Assembly: GCF_964355755.1 (NCBI RefSeq)
Contig: NC_092677.1
Coordinates: 17,196,101 to 17,260,100 of the forward strand
DNA from: Antedon mediterranea
Lineage: Eukaryota; Animalia; Echinodermata
Direction: 5' to 3'
DNA: 64,000 nucleotides
Shown one piece after another: positions 13,841 to 25,304 of this stretch. Both the position numbers and the translations under genes were made by a program. Each line of letters opens with the position of its first letter. The first letter of the stretch is position 1. The notes beneath the pieces were generated by a model. It did no database searches, was not told the DNA's origin, and saw only the letters and a program-made list of their open reading frames with translations.

Positions 13841-16800
13841 TCTTCTTTCCTTCTGTCATTTTTGTGCGTCGCGTTTCTCTAAAACGTGTAAACAGAACAT
13901 ATCGTAACTTTGTCAACATATCGACATTTACGTGAACTTGTGCACCTCCTATTTTTGAATGACGTCAGAGTTGCGCAACGTGACTTAAGCGCGATTTTAT
14001 GAATTTCAATGATTGATCATAGACTAAAAACGAAACATAATTTTGATTTGACACTTTGTGAAAATTTAAGTCATATCAACCGCAAACTTTCTATGGATTA
14101 AAAATAGCATGTTTCACAAAAAGTTACGCGCGCACGCGCGTTTAAAATTTTAGAATACGAAAGATCAACTTCTAATCAACTTTCTATGCGTTTCATGTCA
14201 TTTTGAGCATGTCAAAAATTCCCACGCGCGCGAAAATTTTTACGCACGCGGTGCACACGTAGCGTTAAAAACATATTTTTTTCGCATGATTTATGTTTTT
14301 TCAGCCTTTTCTAGTAATGTTACCAAATTTTAAACAATTTCGACTTAAAATTACGTCATACGAGCACGTCGAATTAGATAATTTGCACGCGTTTTTGGTG
14401 AAAAAGTTCAAAAATTCGTCAAAATTATGCCTATTTTTAAACATTCATAGATTCTAAACTACATGGAGAACTTTTTTTAAATTACATATTCTGGAAGTTG
14501 ATGAGTTGTAGATATCGGATCATGCATTAATATGGCTAACCGGACATTTTGACGTCATCATATGGCCACGCCAATATAAAATATAGGATTTTTGTCTCTT
14601 TCGTCATAGCTCATCACATTTAATAGAGCGCATCTCCACTTATTCGTTGTCTATTTTCACCCCGATTTTAATATATTCTAGGTCAATCAACTATCTTTTG
14701 CATGAATTAAAATTTTTTTAATTTTTTTAACGTCATCATGCCTAAAAATTTAAATTACGTTGGTCATTAATTTTATCTTTACATTAAATTTTAATCTGTT
14801 ACACCTCGTAAGAATAAAATGTGATAATCACGATTAAAACGTTTTCAGGAAGCTATTGTATTGTAGATACAAAATCATGTGTAAATTGTGCCAATCGAAT
14901 GTTGTGACGTCATCATATGGCCAGTTAAATAAAAAAAGTCGTATTTTCATCTTTTGCATTATATTTCATTACATTTAAAAGAGCGCGCATCAATATTTCA
15001 CGTATTAAAATTTCTTCTATACGTTAATATGTTGTTGCTGAGATAATTTCATTCAGAAATTTCTACTTTTGCATTTCATTTTGAAACCGTCAAGATGTTA
15101 AAAATTACAATAAAATACGGGTCCCGTAATTTCACCTATTTTACACTGTTTGTGATATGTATACAGATTGTACTGTGTATACTATATGACACAAAATAAC
15201 AGAATTCAGAAATAACAACATATCATATTCTTCAGTTCAGGTCATAATGCCTTAATATTTTTCTGTGTGCAATATTCTAACGTATGACGTGCACGTGGCG
15301 TTTGTCGAGCGGATAACTAACTCGTCAAAGTGACGAGTTTCATGTCTAGTTTCTTCTTTCTTTCCACGAATTTTGTTGCACGCATATCTCTAATTTTGGC
15401 CAACATAAGATTGTGTAACTTTGTCATAATATTGACCTGTAGCGGTAGATGTGCAGGACGTTTCGTTTTTTGACTTTAGAGTCGCGCAGCGTAAGTTACG
15501 TGCGATTTTATGAATTTCAATGATTGATCATAGAATAAAAACTAAAAGTAATTTTGTATTGAAACTTGGTAAAAATTTAAGTCATATCATGCGCTAACTT
15601 TCTATGGAGAGAAAATGGCATGTTTTACAGAAAGTTACGCGTGCACGTGCGTTTAAAATTTCAAAATGCGAAAAATCAATTTCTAATCAACTTTCTACGC
15701 GTTTCATGTCATTTTGAGCATTTCAAAAATTCCCACGCGTGCGCACTTTTTTTACGCGCGCGTGCGCATGTAGTGCAAAAACATTTTTTTTTTGCTTGAT
15801 TTTTATTTTTTCAGCCTTTTCTAGTAAATTTACCAATTTTCAATCAATTTCGACTTAAAATCACGTCATACGAGCACGTAGAATTAAACAATTTGCGCGC
15901 AATTTTGATGAAAAAGTTCAAAAATTTGTCAAAATTATGCCTTTTTTTAAACAGTCATAGATTCTAAACTACGTGGTGAACTTTTTTATAATTACATATT
16001 CTGGTAGTAGATGAGTTGTAGATATCGAATCATGTATCGATATGGCTAACCGGACATTGTGACGTCATCGTATGGCCACTCGAATATAAAATAGCGGATT
16101 TTTATCTCTTTCGTCATAGCTCATCACATTTATTAGAGCGCATCTCCACTTATCCGTATTCCATTTTCTCCCATTTTTTTTATATTGTCTAGGCCAATCA
16201 ATTATCTTTCGCATGATATGCCGTTTTTAAAATTGTGATGAAGTCATCATGTCCAAAAGCGTCAATAACTTGGGCCACTTATTTCCACCTATTCTTCACT
16301 GTATGTAGTACGTATACAATATATAGTGTAAACTGTATATACTTAGACGTGACGCAAAATAGAGAGCGCACTAACATTTTTTTCAATGGCATAATCGTTT
16401 TTCTGCGCGCACTATTCCAACGTATGACGTGCATGTGGCTTTTGCGCTGCGGATAACCTAACTCGTCCGTAGTGACGAGTTCAAATCTAGTTTCCTTTTA
16501 TAAATACACTGCGTACTGCAAACCTTGCTTGTACTGTATATAAGGATATCAAACACAGTTAATTATCTCATCTGCTACAATCGGCTTGCACTAACTACAG
16601 AGACTCCATCAACTGTATATGATTGCTATTTGGGTCATTCTGCACTGAGCCATCCTAGCCCAACACATGCTTCAGTCATCAAGTGCACGGTTCTTCAACC
16701 CTAATATAAGTTTCCCAACACTTTACATCAATTAGTATGCTACACCCGGTAAGCCTAGCCCATCCACAAGCTTCCATAGGCCAACTACCTCTATCATTAA

Positions 16801-17675
16801 GTGTGTTCAGCCTCTGATAAAAGCTTGCCAAAAACTTCTTTAGATGACAAAATTGACCACTTAAACAGATTTTTTGGGGGTGATTGATCATTTGAAGAAT
16901 AAATACTGGCTATTACAAGTGATAAGTTTTTAACAATCTAATTTGAATCTTCTTGGAAATTAAGTGTTAAACAAACAGACTGGAGGATATTGAGTCTAGA
17001 ATAAAGTAGGTTTAAATCTCATTGCAAGAATATACTTTTCTTGTTTACGAAAAGGAGACAATGTATATTAAGTGAGTATTTTGTATAACCATCTAAAACC
17101 CCAATAGGCCTAAATAATTGGGGAATATCCAGTGACAGATTTAGAGGCGAGGTTTTGGGGAGAGGCATATTTAAAACATTCCAGTATAATTCTGGTCAAA
17201 CATACAAACACATTGTGGGGTAAACCTGGAGGAGTAAAGTGGAAATTTCAGACACCACTTCAGCTGCCATATTTGTTATATCTTTGATCTATCTCATATT
17301 ATTTGATTAGGGAATTACAAATTAAAATGTAGTTTAAAACCTAGTACAATTCCGTACATTTTGATACCACCTGAACAAATGCAAAACTCCCTCTCGTATA
17401 GATAAAATGCCTAAATTTAATTCATACAATATTTAATCATATTTGTCGAATAAATACGAAAGTGAAGTATTGTGACACCTCATGAGAGATCCTTTATCTT
17501 CATTTTTAATGTTTTCAGTTTAATCTTATTTTTGAAAACATGCCTTACAACATCCTGAAACATTAGATTATCAATTTTATTATCTTTATTCTATTTCACT
17601 TAAAATTTTTGAATATCTAGGTATTATAACAATAAAAGAATACATGTTTTTTTAACCAAGGTTCTCAATATTTAA

Positions 17676-18219
17676 AGATGTATTGTCCCTTTGACGAATT
17701 CCAAAAAAATAAAAAATAAAAGATTTCGAAATTAGGTGGGTTATTTTGAAGTATCATAATAGTTATTAACTTTCACCCAAAATTAGTCGAAAAAAAAATC
17801 ATTTAACTGAAATACAGACGTTTTTTTATTCAAAAAATAACTTTGACTTCCAGTCAATGTTGTCAATCAAAACATATCCCATAATGCAGTGCGCTTGTTT
17901 GGCTACTCTGTATGCATATCATAAAACTTCATCGCGATCTGTGTGAAAATACCTTCTCAACCGTGACGAGTTGTAAACAATCCTAATTAGCATATGCATA
18001 ATGCATACTGGTGGTTTGAAATCTTTGTTTACTTTCGCTCGTGACGATTTTCCAGACGAAATTTAATCAAACTAATTTACCTGTTAATTATGTAAACGTG
18101 TTGTTTTTGGCTCGAATTTTCGGCTTAAAGTGAATAACTTTAATATTACTTGGATATGGCCAATTTAAATTTATAATATTTTGACCTTCATTTTTTGTGT
18201 TTCAAGGGACAATACATCT
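17676..18219. mobile_element. TTAA-targeting MITE (Kolobok-like)
   Basis: 14-bp perfect TIR AGATGTATTGTCCC / GGGACAATACATCT; flanks TTAA / TTAG; highly similar copy at 42109-42656. Confidence 0.88.
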
Positions 18220-19789
18220 TTAGGCAAATATTAGAAAATGGGTGTCTACATATCATAGAGAGGAAACTGTTTTACTCTTCACTGCTTATGTTACATAACA
18301 ACACATTAACATCATTTTGTTGAGTCCTAAATACGTTCTGTTAAAAGGGATTTTAGTGTATATTTAATGCATATTAAGTTATATTTATTATTTTTTTTGT
18401 AGATTCTACCAAAAGAAAGAGGAGTGTTGTGTATATCATGAAGGGCCAAAAAGATCACAAGCAAAAAAAAACAAGTTTGCCATAAATTTTCACTATCTCA
18501 CTCTCGCTGCTGTACAAGCCTATTTGTTGAAGAGAAATTGAAAAAATAATATATATAATTTTAAAAACGGATTATCATTACTATTTATTAATAACTTGTT
18601 TAATGTATTTTTATGATATATTTTTTTCCCCAGAACAACATGTTACATCATATTTTAATTGAAAGGCCTTGTGATGTATGGTAAAGAATCACACAGTAAT
18701 TCAGCCAATTTCCTTTTCATTAATAACACAAATCAAATCAGTTTTACAATAGGCCTACATATATTTAGCATATAGTACAGTATTATTTTACACTAGTAAC
18801 TAAAGTACCTAGTGTCAAACTATCAAATTTTATTATTTTTCCTGTAAAAAAATGTTTGTTTTTTTCAAATGTAGTCATTAGTATTGAAAGTTCAGAAATG
18901 TCATTTTGAATACTATCAAACAAACAAGACATATCAAGGCACTTTGTAAGTAATATCACTCAACTAAAATATAGAAGTAGAAGTTCATAAATCTGTAATT
19001 TTTTACTATCAAACAAATAACTGATTAGTCTATAAAAAAAACGTTTTCAGTTGGGTTATTAGATGTTCAGAAGTTTTCAACATTTCATCGCAGTTTTCTT
19101 CCTTTTTATTAGGACTTTAATCAAGTTAAAGACGCAGTGTCGCTTCCAACACGAGCATTACGAGTCATCATGCCGCCCATCTTACACAAGACAAACCACA
19201 AGAAAATACAAGGCCAACAATTTTAGTACAGATTTGTTTGAACTTTAGATAAACATTAAGAGACTTCTGTAGTATTATGTAACTTTATTTTGTAATTGTT
19301 TGATTTTACGGTATTTAACCCTTAATCTTACATGCGTATGGGACTCAACATGCTGGACCTGGGCCAGTGTAAAGATCACAAGTGTGAGAGTTTTTTGAAA
19401 ACATGGTTTATAATATGCATGTTATGATAGAGTACAGTATGTAATTGTAAGTATTTCATACAATTTTACACATGTACATTTTGCCTGCAAAGGGAATGTA
19501 AGATTGTTTAATATGATGTTTTTTGACATGAAATTAAAGTAAAATCATTATATATATAGAAACATGTAGAGAGTCAGAGAAGACTAATGTATATCAATAT
19601 TCAAACACTGTATTTTAATACAGTGTGTAAAAAATGGATCTGTGTTTTCATTTTTTTCCAAAAATATTTAACAAGGATAGTTTAAGCTGATTAGTGATCC
19701 TCAGAACAAACAACTAAACATAAAATTAATATAAATAGATTAGAATTTTTTACCTAAAAAATTAATAAATAATAGCAATCTTTACAAAT

Positions 19790-21440
19790 AATAAAAAAGA
19801 CATTGACCATCTTAGATAGAATTATACAAGAAGGGAAGAGAAAACTGTTTATTGTGCATGTGCAAGGAAGTTTAGGTAATAGATTTTTTTTGCAGAGTGA
19901 AGCAGGGAGTTGTACAACTCCCTGGAGTGAAGAGAGGTAAAAGTATTATCAATGATTAAATCAAGGTGTTTATGAGACTGAGAGGTAACTGACTGGATAG
20001 GAGAGTTATTTATTTATAATTAAGTTGTTAGCTCTTAACTTAGAAGGAGAGAAGAGAAGCATAATTTGGTTTTGCTAACATTAAGAGTGATACTTGTTAG
20101 ACTTAGCCAAAAAGAGAGTAGTTGAAGATCACAGCTTAGTTTCTGTTCAATAAAGTGTATCGATGCGGTATCGTTGGCATTAGGCCTAATATAAGGATCA
20201 ATATATTGTAAATGCAGAAGGGAGTTAATGAATGTAGAGATAGTAGCTGAAACTTGGAAAGATTAAGAGAAAACAAACTGATCACATCATGAGGTATATA
20301 TTAAGAAAAAGGGGACATCACAGAAACAATAATGATGACATAAGAAAATGGAAGAACTGATCTTGTGCAAGGATCGCTCACAGAAGAATCCATTTGGTGT
20401 CAAGGTGTTTATGAGAAGTAACTGATTGGATAGGAGATTTATTTATTTTATAATTAAAGATGTATTGTCCCTCAAAAACATAAAAAATGAAGATTAATTA
20501 AATCAGACTTTGAATATGTTATTTTGTAGTTTTAATAAAGTTCATCACTTCAATAGAAAAAAAACGAAAAAAAAATGTTAAAATTGAACCAAAAATCCAT
20601 TGGCTGGCAGCCAATTTGACCATTTTTTGCTTTAAATTACATTTTTTCAGTTAAATAATTTTTTTTTCGATCCAATTTTAGGTAGATAACTATTACGGTA
20701 TGTTACATTAAAATGCAATATTCAACAAAAAATGTTTTAAGAATTATTTTTTCAGGGGGACAATACATCTTTAAGTTGTTAGCTCTTAACTTACAAGGAG
20801 AGATGAGAAGCATGATTTGGTGTTGGTAACATTAGGAGTGATCACTTGTTAGACTTAGCCAAATAGAAAGTAGTTGAAGATCACCGCTTAGTTTCTGTTC
20901 AATGAGGTGTATTGATGCGTTAGTAGATTAAATGGTATCATTGGCATTATCATTAGACCTAATATAAGGATCAATATAAGGATCAATTTACTATGAGTAA
21001 GTGCAGAAGGGAGTTAATTAATGTAGAGATAGTAGAAAAGGTCCAGGGTAGATCATTAAGGAACCCCGAGAGAGCAATATTTAATGGAAGAAGTCTGATC
21101 AAAGAGACTTTCTGAGAGTGACTAGTAAGATAAGAATGAAACCATGCAGGACGATAGTTGTTTGGATCATTTTCTTGCTCGATTTGAAGATAGGCCTAAT
21201 CACTGTGGATTGTTTCCAAGAAGAGGAGAAACAGTAATTTTCAAAAATGGAAAAGTAAAATGTATCTTAGAATTAAGTATGCCTCCACTGCACTGATTGT
21301 TTAAAACTGAAACCTGAAAAGATAAAGAGTAAACAAACTGATCACATCATGAGGAATATATTAAGAAAAGGACATCACAGAAAACAATAAAGATGACATA
21401 AGAAAATGGAAGAACTGATCTTGTGCAAGGATCACTCACA
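19790..21440 (-). mobile_element. Decayed CR1/L2-like LINE reverse transcriptase relic, partly tandem-duplicated
   Basis: Minus-strand degenerate RT motifs: AWFHSYLTS (21121-21147), GVP**STL..LYIN*LPS (GVPQGS.LGP..LYINDLP-like; 21001-21067), TLNVSKTK (20058-20091 and again ~20810-20840); segment 19960-20399 repeated from 20400. Confidence 0.75.
20458..20770. mobile_element. Short TTAA-targeting MITE with the same TIR as 17676/42109
   Basis: AGATGTATTGTCCC ... GGGACAATACATCT, TTAA on both sides; empty paralogous site at 20020-20023. Confidence 0.9.
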
Positions 21441-21759
21441 TTGAAATTTGAAATTTATATTTATACTGGGTAACCTCTTCAGTCAAAGACTGGTCTCCCA
21501 GAGGGCCCAGTTGGTGATCAGTTGGTGATCAGTGGCTGTGATGTACTAATACACCGGGGTAACCCCCTACTCGTCTCGAAAGATGTACTAGGTTCTTTAA
21601 AGTGCACACGAGCTAGATGTGTACACTGGACCTACGGTTTATAGTCCTTATCCGAGAAGACTCGTTCTACCACCAGAACCATGGAGTGAGTGAGCCTCGA
21701 ACCCCTGCCGATGTTATGGCTACGTAATTACGGTTCCACTGTCTTAACCGCTCGGCCAC
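21441..21759 (-). mobile_element. tRNA-derived SINE with Deu/Nin-like central domain
   Basis: Minus strand: A box TGGCCGAGCGG, B box GGTTCGAGGC, core TCGGATAAGGACTATAAACCGTAGGTCC..TTAAAGAACC..GAGTAGGGGGTTACCCCGGTGT, AAATTTC-repeat tail; 9-bp TSD TCACTCACA (21432-21440, 21760-21768). Confidence 0.88.
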
Positions 21760-24249
21760 TCACTCACAGAAGAATCTATTTGAAGAAGGGTGGAGATGAC
21801 ATCCATCTAGATCATAAATAATGGTCTGAACTGGATCTAGTTCACGAATCAATGGTTGGAGATGCGAAAACTTGCTAATTTGCAATGATGACATCCAGAT
21901 TAGTAAGTACAGTAATATAAGTTTATTCTATTTTTTCACGAGTATAACTGGACCGACGATATAGGCCAAAATATCATCTAATTAAAACGTCTAGCCATTA
22001 ATCCTAGTTTCCAAAATATTTTTGTGCTGCAGACTACACTCTTAATATTTTTCGAAAAACGTCTGTCATTTTAGGCGTACGTTCTATCCCTAATCCCTCA
22101 CGCCTAATAATAATTGGGTTATTTTTACTCGCTTTCTTCATTGAATCATTACGGTAGGCTAATATGTATTATATCATTTTAGCAAACTCGCATGTGTAAA
22201 AGCGTGTTCATTTGTATACAATTACGTTAGAGTACTGTAAAACTTCAGACTAATATTTATTTTTTAACAACTCAATATTTTTGTTTTATTAGCAATTTAT
22301 TATTTTATTGTTCCTATCATCAGTTGCGTCCATACATTAATTGTTATTAGGCCTATCTACATTTTTAGTTTAATAACCTTATATACATAAAATAATTATT
22401 TAATCTAATTTTTTGAATGCTGACATGTCTTTGCTTACAATGTAAGACAGGAAGACAAAAACAAGCAAAACATAATTAACCCTTGACCTAATAACATTTA
22501 ACAGAATTTTTGTTGAATCTCTAGACAGCGAAGACATCTACTTTTTTCGAAAACGAAAATTTGATTTTAAATCTTGGCAAACATTTTAAAAATACATATT
22601 TTGGCATTTAATTCATGTTGAAAGACAAGCAATATTATTTCATTTTGTTATTTTCATTATTCATTTTGTTTGTTTATTGGATTTACTTCTTGTTACTGTA
22701 GTACGAGTCTAAAAGCAGAATAGTAAATATACGTACACACTTTTAGGCCTATGTCATATTTGTCAGAATTATGCTTTAAATTGAATGAAAAACAAATAGG
22801 CCTACTAATAAACTTGTTTGTTTATAGGATTGCGAACATAAATTTCAAGTCGATTTGTTTATGTGGTATATTAATATTACTACATAAATAAAATACTAGA
22901 ATGTGAGTAATGATGTAAATGCGAACACGGTAATTATTGTCTGACCCACAATCTTTGAATTTGTAACCATCTGGTATATCTATCTCAACTATTGACCACT
23001 TTATAGTGACTTGTGATGAGATCATCAAACAGCAGATATCACTTTATTAGGTGCATGACAAGTTAATCAAACAACTCATTAAGTATATTAATTAGTCAAT
23101 CAAATTACAAGGTTGGTCTACTGCATTATTGGTTTTCAAGATCTTCATTTACCATGAATGAATGAATGAATGTCCTTTAATAGTCAAAACAAAAACTATT
23201 ATTAATTAACTCGGATTTCCTCTGATTTCTGATTTCCATAAAGAAATGTCTTTTAATGATTATTATACATTATTACATGCATTACAAAAATCGATGTACG
23301 GGTGTAGGCCTATATATAACTTTAAATAATTGCCTTCGGTTATCTTGTTAAAAAATATTGTTTACGTTATAACGACAGTCCTCGGTTGTGTACGTTAGTA
23401 AATTTCAAAGAAATGCTCAATGGTTAATTCAATTTAATAGAGATAATTATACTGGTGGCATGGCAGTGGCGTAAATAATTTTTGTTTCTTTTAACTTGAA
23501 AAGAAAGAAACATTTTCTTTACGCCACTCCCACCTATCACATTGTTATTATATAACCCATGCCGACGGTGTCTAGGCCGTAGCCAAGATTATTATGGCGT
23601 TTTTTCCCCCGAAAAAGGACAAGTGTGAGCCTAAGCAAGCACTGGAATAAGGATCCCAACATACTCAATGATTTTATATTAAAAGCTACATATATAAATC
23701 AAAACATTTGATTCTAAAAATATTTAACCCAGATGCCTTGACTCTAATAAATCAACAACGTTTAATAATATGATTATTAATATTGGATTCCAAATATCTA
23801 CACATATCTTTCGTAACGATGACTCAATACGCCAGTATTTCATGGGACAATCAATATAGGAATTTACATGACGATGATAATAAGGTAAATCTACACAAAT
23901 TCAATAAAAATATACAATCTCTTGAGGGTATTTACATTCAAATGGATCATAAACAATCTACAATATCAATAATTGTATTGCCCTGAACATGTGTAATATA
24001 ATATATAAACTATATACAACTGAGCGCAATAAATATCGAGTTGAATCTCAAGTAAATTGGCAATATTTGTCATGATGATTAATACTGCGGTCTGAAATCG
24101 TCCGTGCAGCTTTTACCCCTATCGAAAAATATGTTACCCCTACGGCAAACCCCTAATCCCTATAATCAAGAGAAACTTTGTTGGGTACCGTAGCCAATGG
24201 TGTAGTGTTTCTTTAGTAAAGGTTCTACTTTAATTTCATAACATTTCAG

Positions 24250-24580
24250 TTAAAGATATTGTCCCCCAAAAACATGAAAGATTAATAAAATCAAATAATT
24301 TGATAATAAAAGTTATTCACTTCTGTAAAAAAAAAAACACAAAAATAGGCCTAATCATTTCAGTTATAAAAAGACAAAAACAGTTAACTGTTTAACCTAA
24401 AATCATTGTCTGACATACAATTTAAGTATTTTTTGCTTTAAGTTACATTTTTCAGGTAAGTAATTGTTTTTGTTCGCTCCAGTTTTTGGATAAGTATAAG
24501 GCCTATGTGACATTAAAATGGCATATTTAAAGTATAAAAGTACAATATAATTAAAATGGCATATTCAACAAAAAATATTT
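24250..24580. mobile_element. Degenerate relative of the 20458-20770 MITE
   Basis: TTAAAGATATTGTCCCCCAAAAACATG start, with internal blocks (TTTTTTGCTTTAA.TTACATTTTT, ACATTAAAATG, ATATTCAACAAAAAA) shared with the 20458 copy; right TIR missing. Confidence 0.6.
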
Positions 24581-24624
24581 TCGTCTTTCGTATAAAATTA
24601 CAATATAATTAGAACCTTTAGGAC

Positions 24625-25304
24625 AACCCAGAGGCACAGAACGTCATTAATCCTAATAAGGGTTTTTGTTATGTCCTCCCCTCCCGGCTAATAACCCAGA
24701 GGCACAGAACGTCATTAATCCTAATAAGGGTTTTTGTTATGTCCTCCCCTCCCGGCTAATAACCCAGAGGCACAGAACGTCATTAATCCTAATAAGGGTT
24801 TTTGTTATGTCCTCCCCTCCCGGCTAATAACCCAGAGGCACAGAACGTCATTAATCCTAATAAGGGTTTTTGTTATGTCCTCCCCTCCCGGCTAATAACC
24901 CAGAGGCACAGAACGTCATTAATCCTAATAAGGGTTTTTATTATGTCCTCCCCTCCCGGCTAATAACCCAGAGGCACAGAACGTCATTAATCCTAATAAG
25001 GGTTTTTGTTATGTCCTCCCCTCCCGGCTAATAACCCAGAGGCACAGAACGTCATTAATCCTAATAAGGGTTTTTGTTATGTCCTCCCCTCCCGGCTAAT
25101 AACCCAGAGGCACAGAACGTCATTAATCCTAATAAGGGTTTTTGTTATGTCCTCCCCTCCCGGCTAATAACCCAGAGGCACAGAACGTCATTAATCCTAA
25201 TAAGGGTTTTTATTATGTCCTCCCCTCTCGGCTAATAACCCAGAGGCACAGAACGTCATTAATCCTAATAAGGGTTTTTGTTATGTCCTCCCCTCCCGGC
25301 TAAT
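24625..25304. repeat. Minisatellite, 10 x 68 bp, nearly perfect
   Basis: AACCCAGAGGCACAGAACGTCATTAATCCTAATAAGGGTTTTTGTTATGTCCTCCCCTCCCGGCTAAT; no unique spacers. Confidence 0.97.

Larger units (their letters stand above)
9067..15350 (+). mobile_element. Element B (5' end 9067-9142, body 13841-15350), interrupted by C-D-E
   Basis: B 5' end (..CTTAGTAG..TTTCATCA..CTGTATTAT) joined to 13841 (TCTTCTTTCCTTCTGTCATTTTTGTGCGTCGCG) reconstitutes a sequence closely matching intact element D. Confidence 0.85.
8985..16491 (+). mobile_element. Nested cluster of five non-autonomous Helentron/Helitron-like elements; this span is outermost element A (5' end at ~8985, body ~15351-16491)
   Basis: Five 5' palindromes GTTATCCGC-n-GCGGATAAC and five 3' ends GCGGATAAC..AACTCGTC-n-GACGAGTT..CTAG; only the first 5' end (GGTTATCCGC) and last 3' end (GCGGATAACC) share the G-C variant. 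Confidence 0.85.

Noticed and set aside
9143-16491. Simple tandem duplication or single rolling-circle concatemer
   Set aside because: Units belong to different subfamilies and the order of 5' and 3' ends is explained by nesting
18403-18485. Acceptor-like TTTTTGTAG followed by short open frames (similar cases at 8549 and 25775)
   Set aside because: No recognisable homology or consistent exon chain
21690-21760. tRNA gene
   Set aside because: A and B boxes are the head of a SINE with TSD; no full cloverleaf seen
24625-25304. CRISPR-like regular repeat (also 31881 and 61265)
   Set aside because: No unique spacers, no cas genes, eukaryotic context
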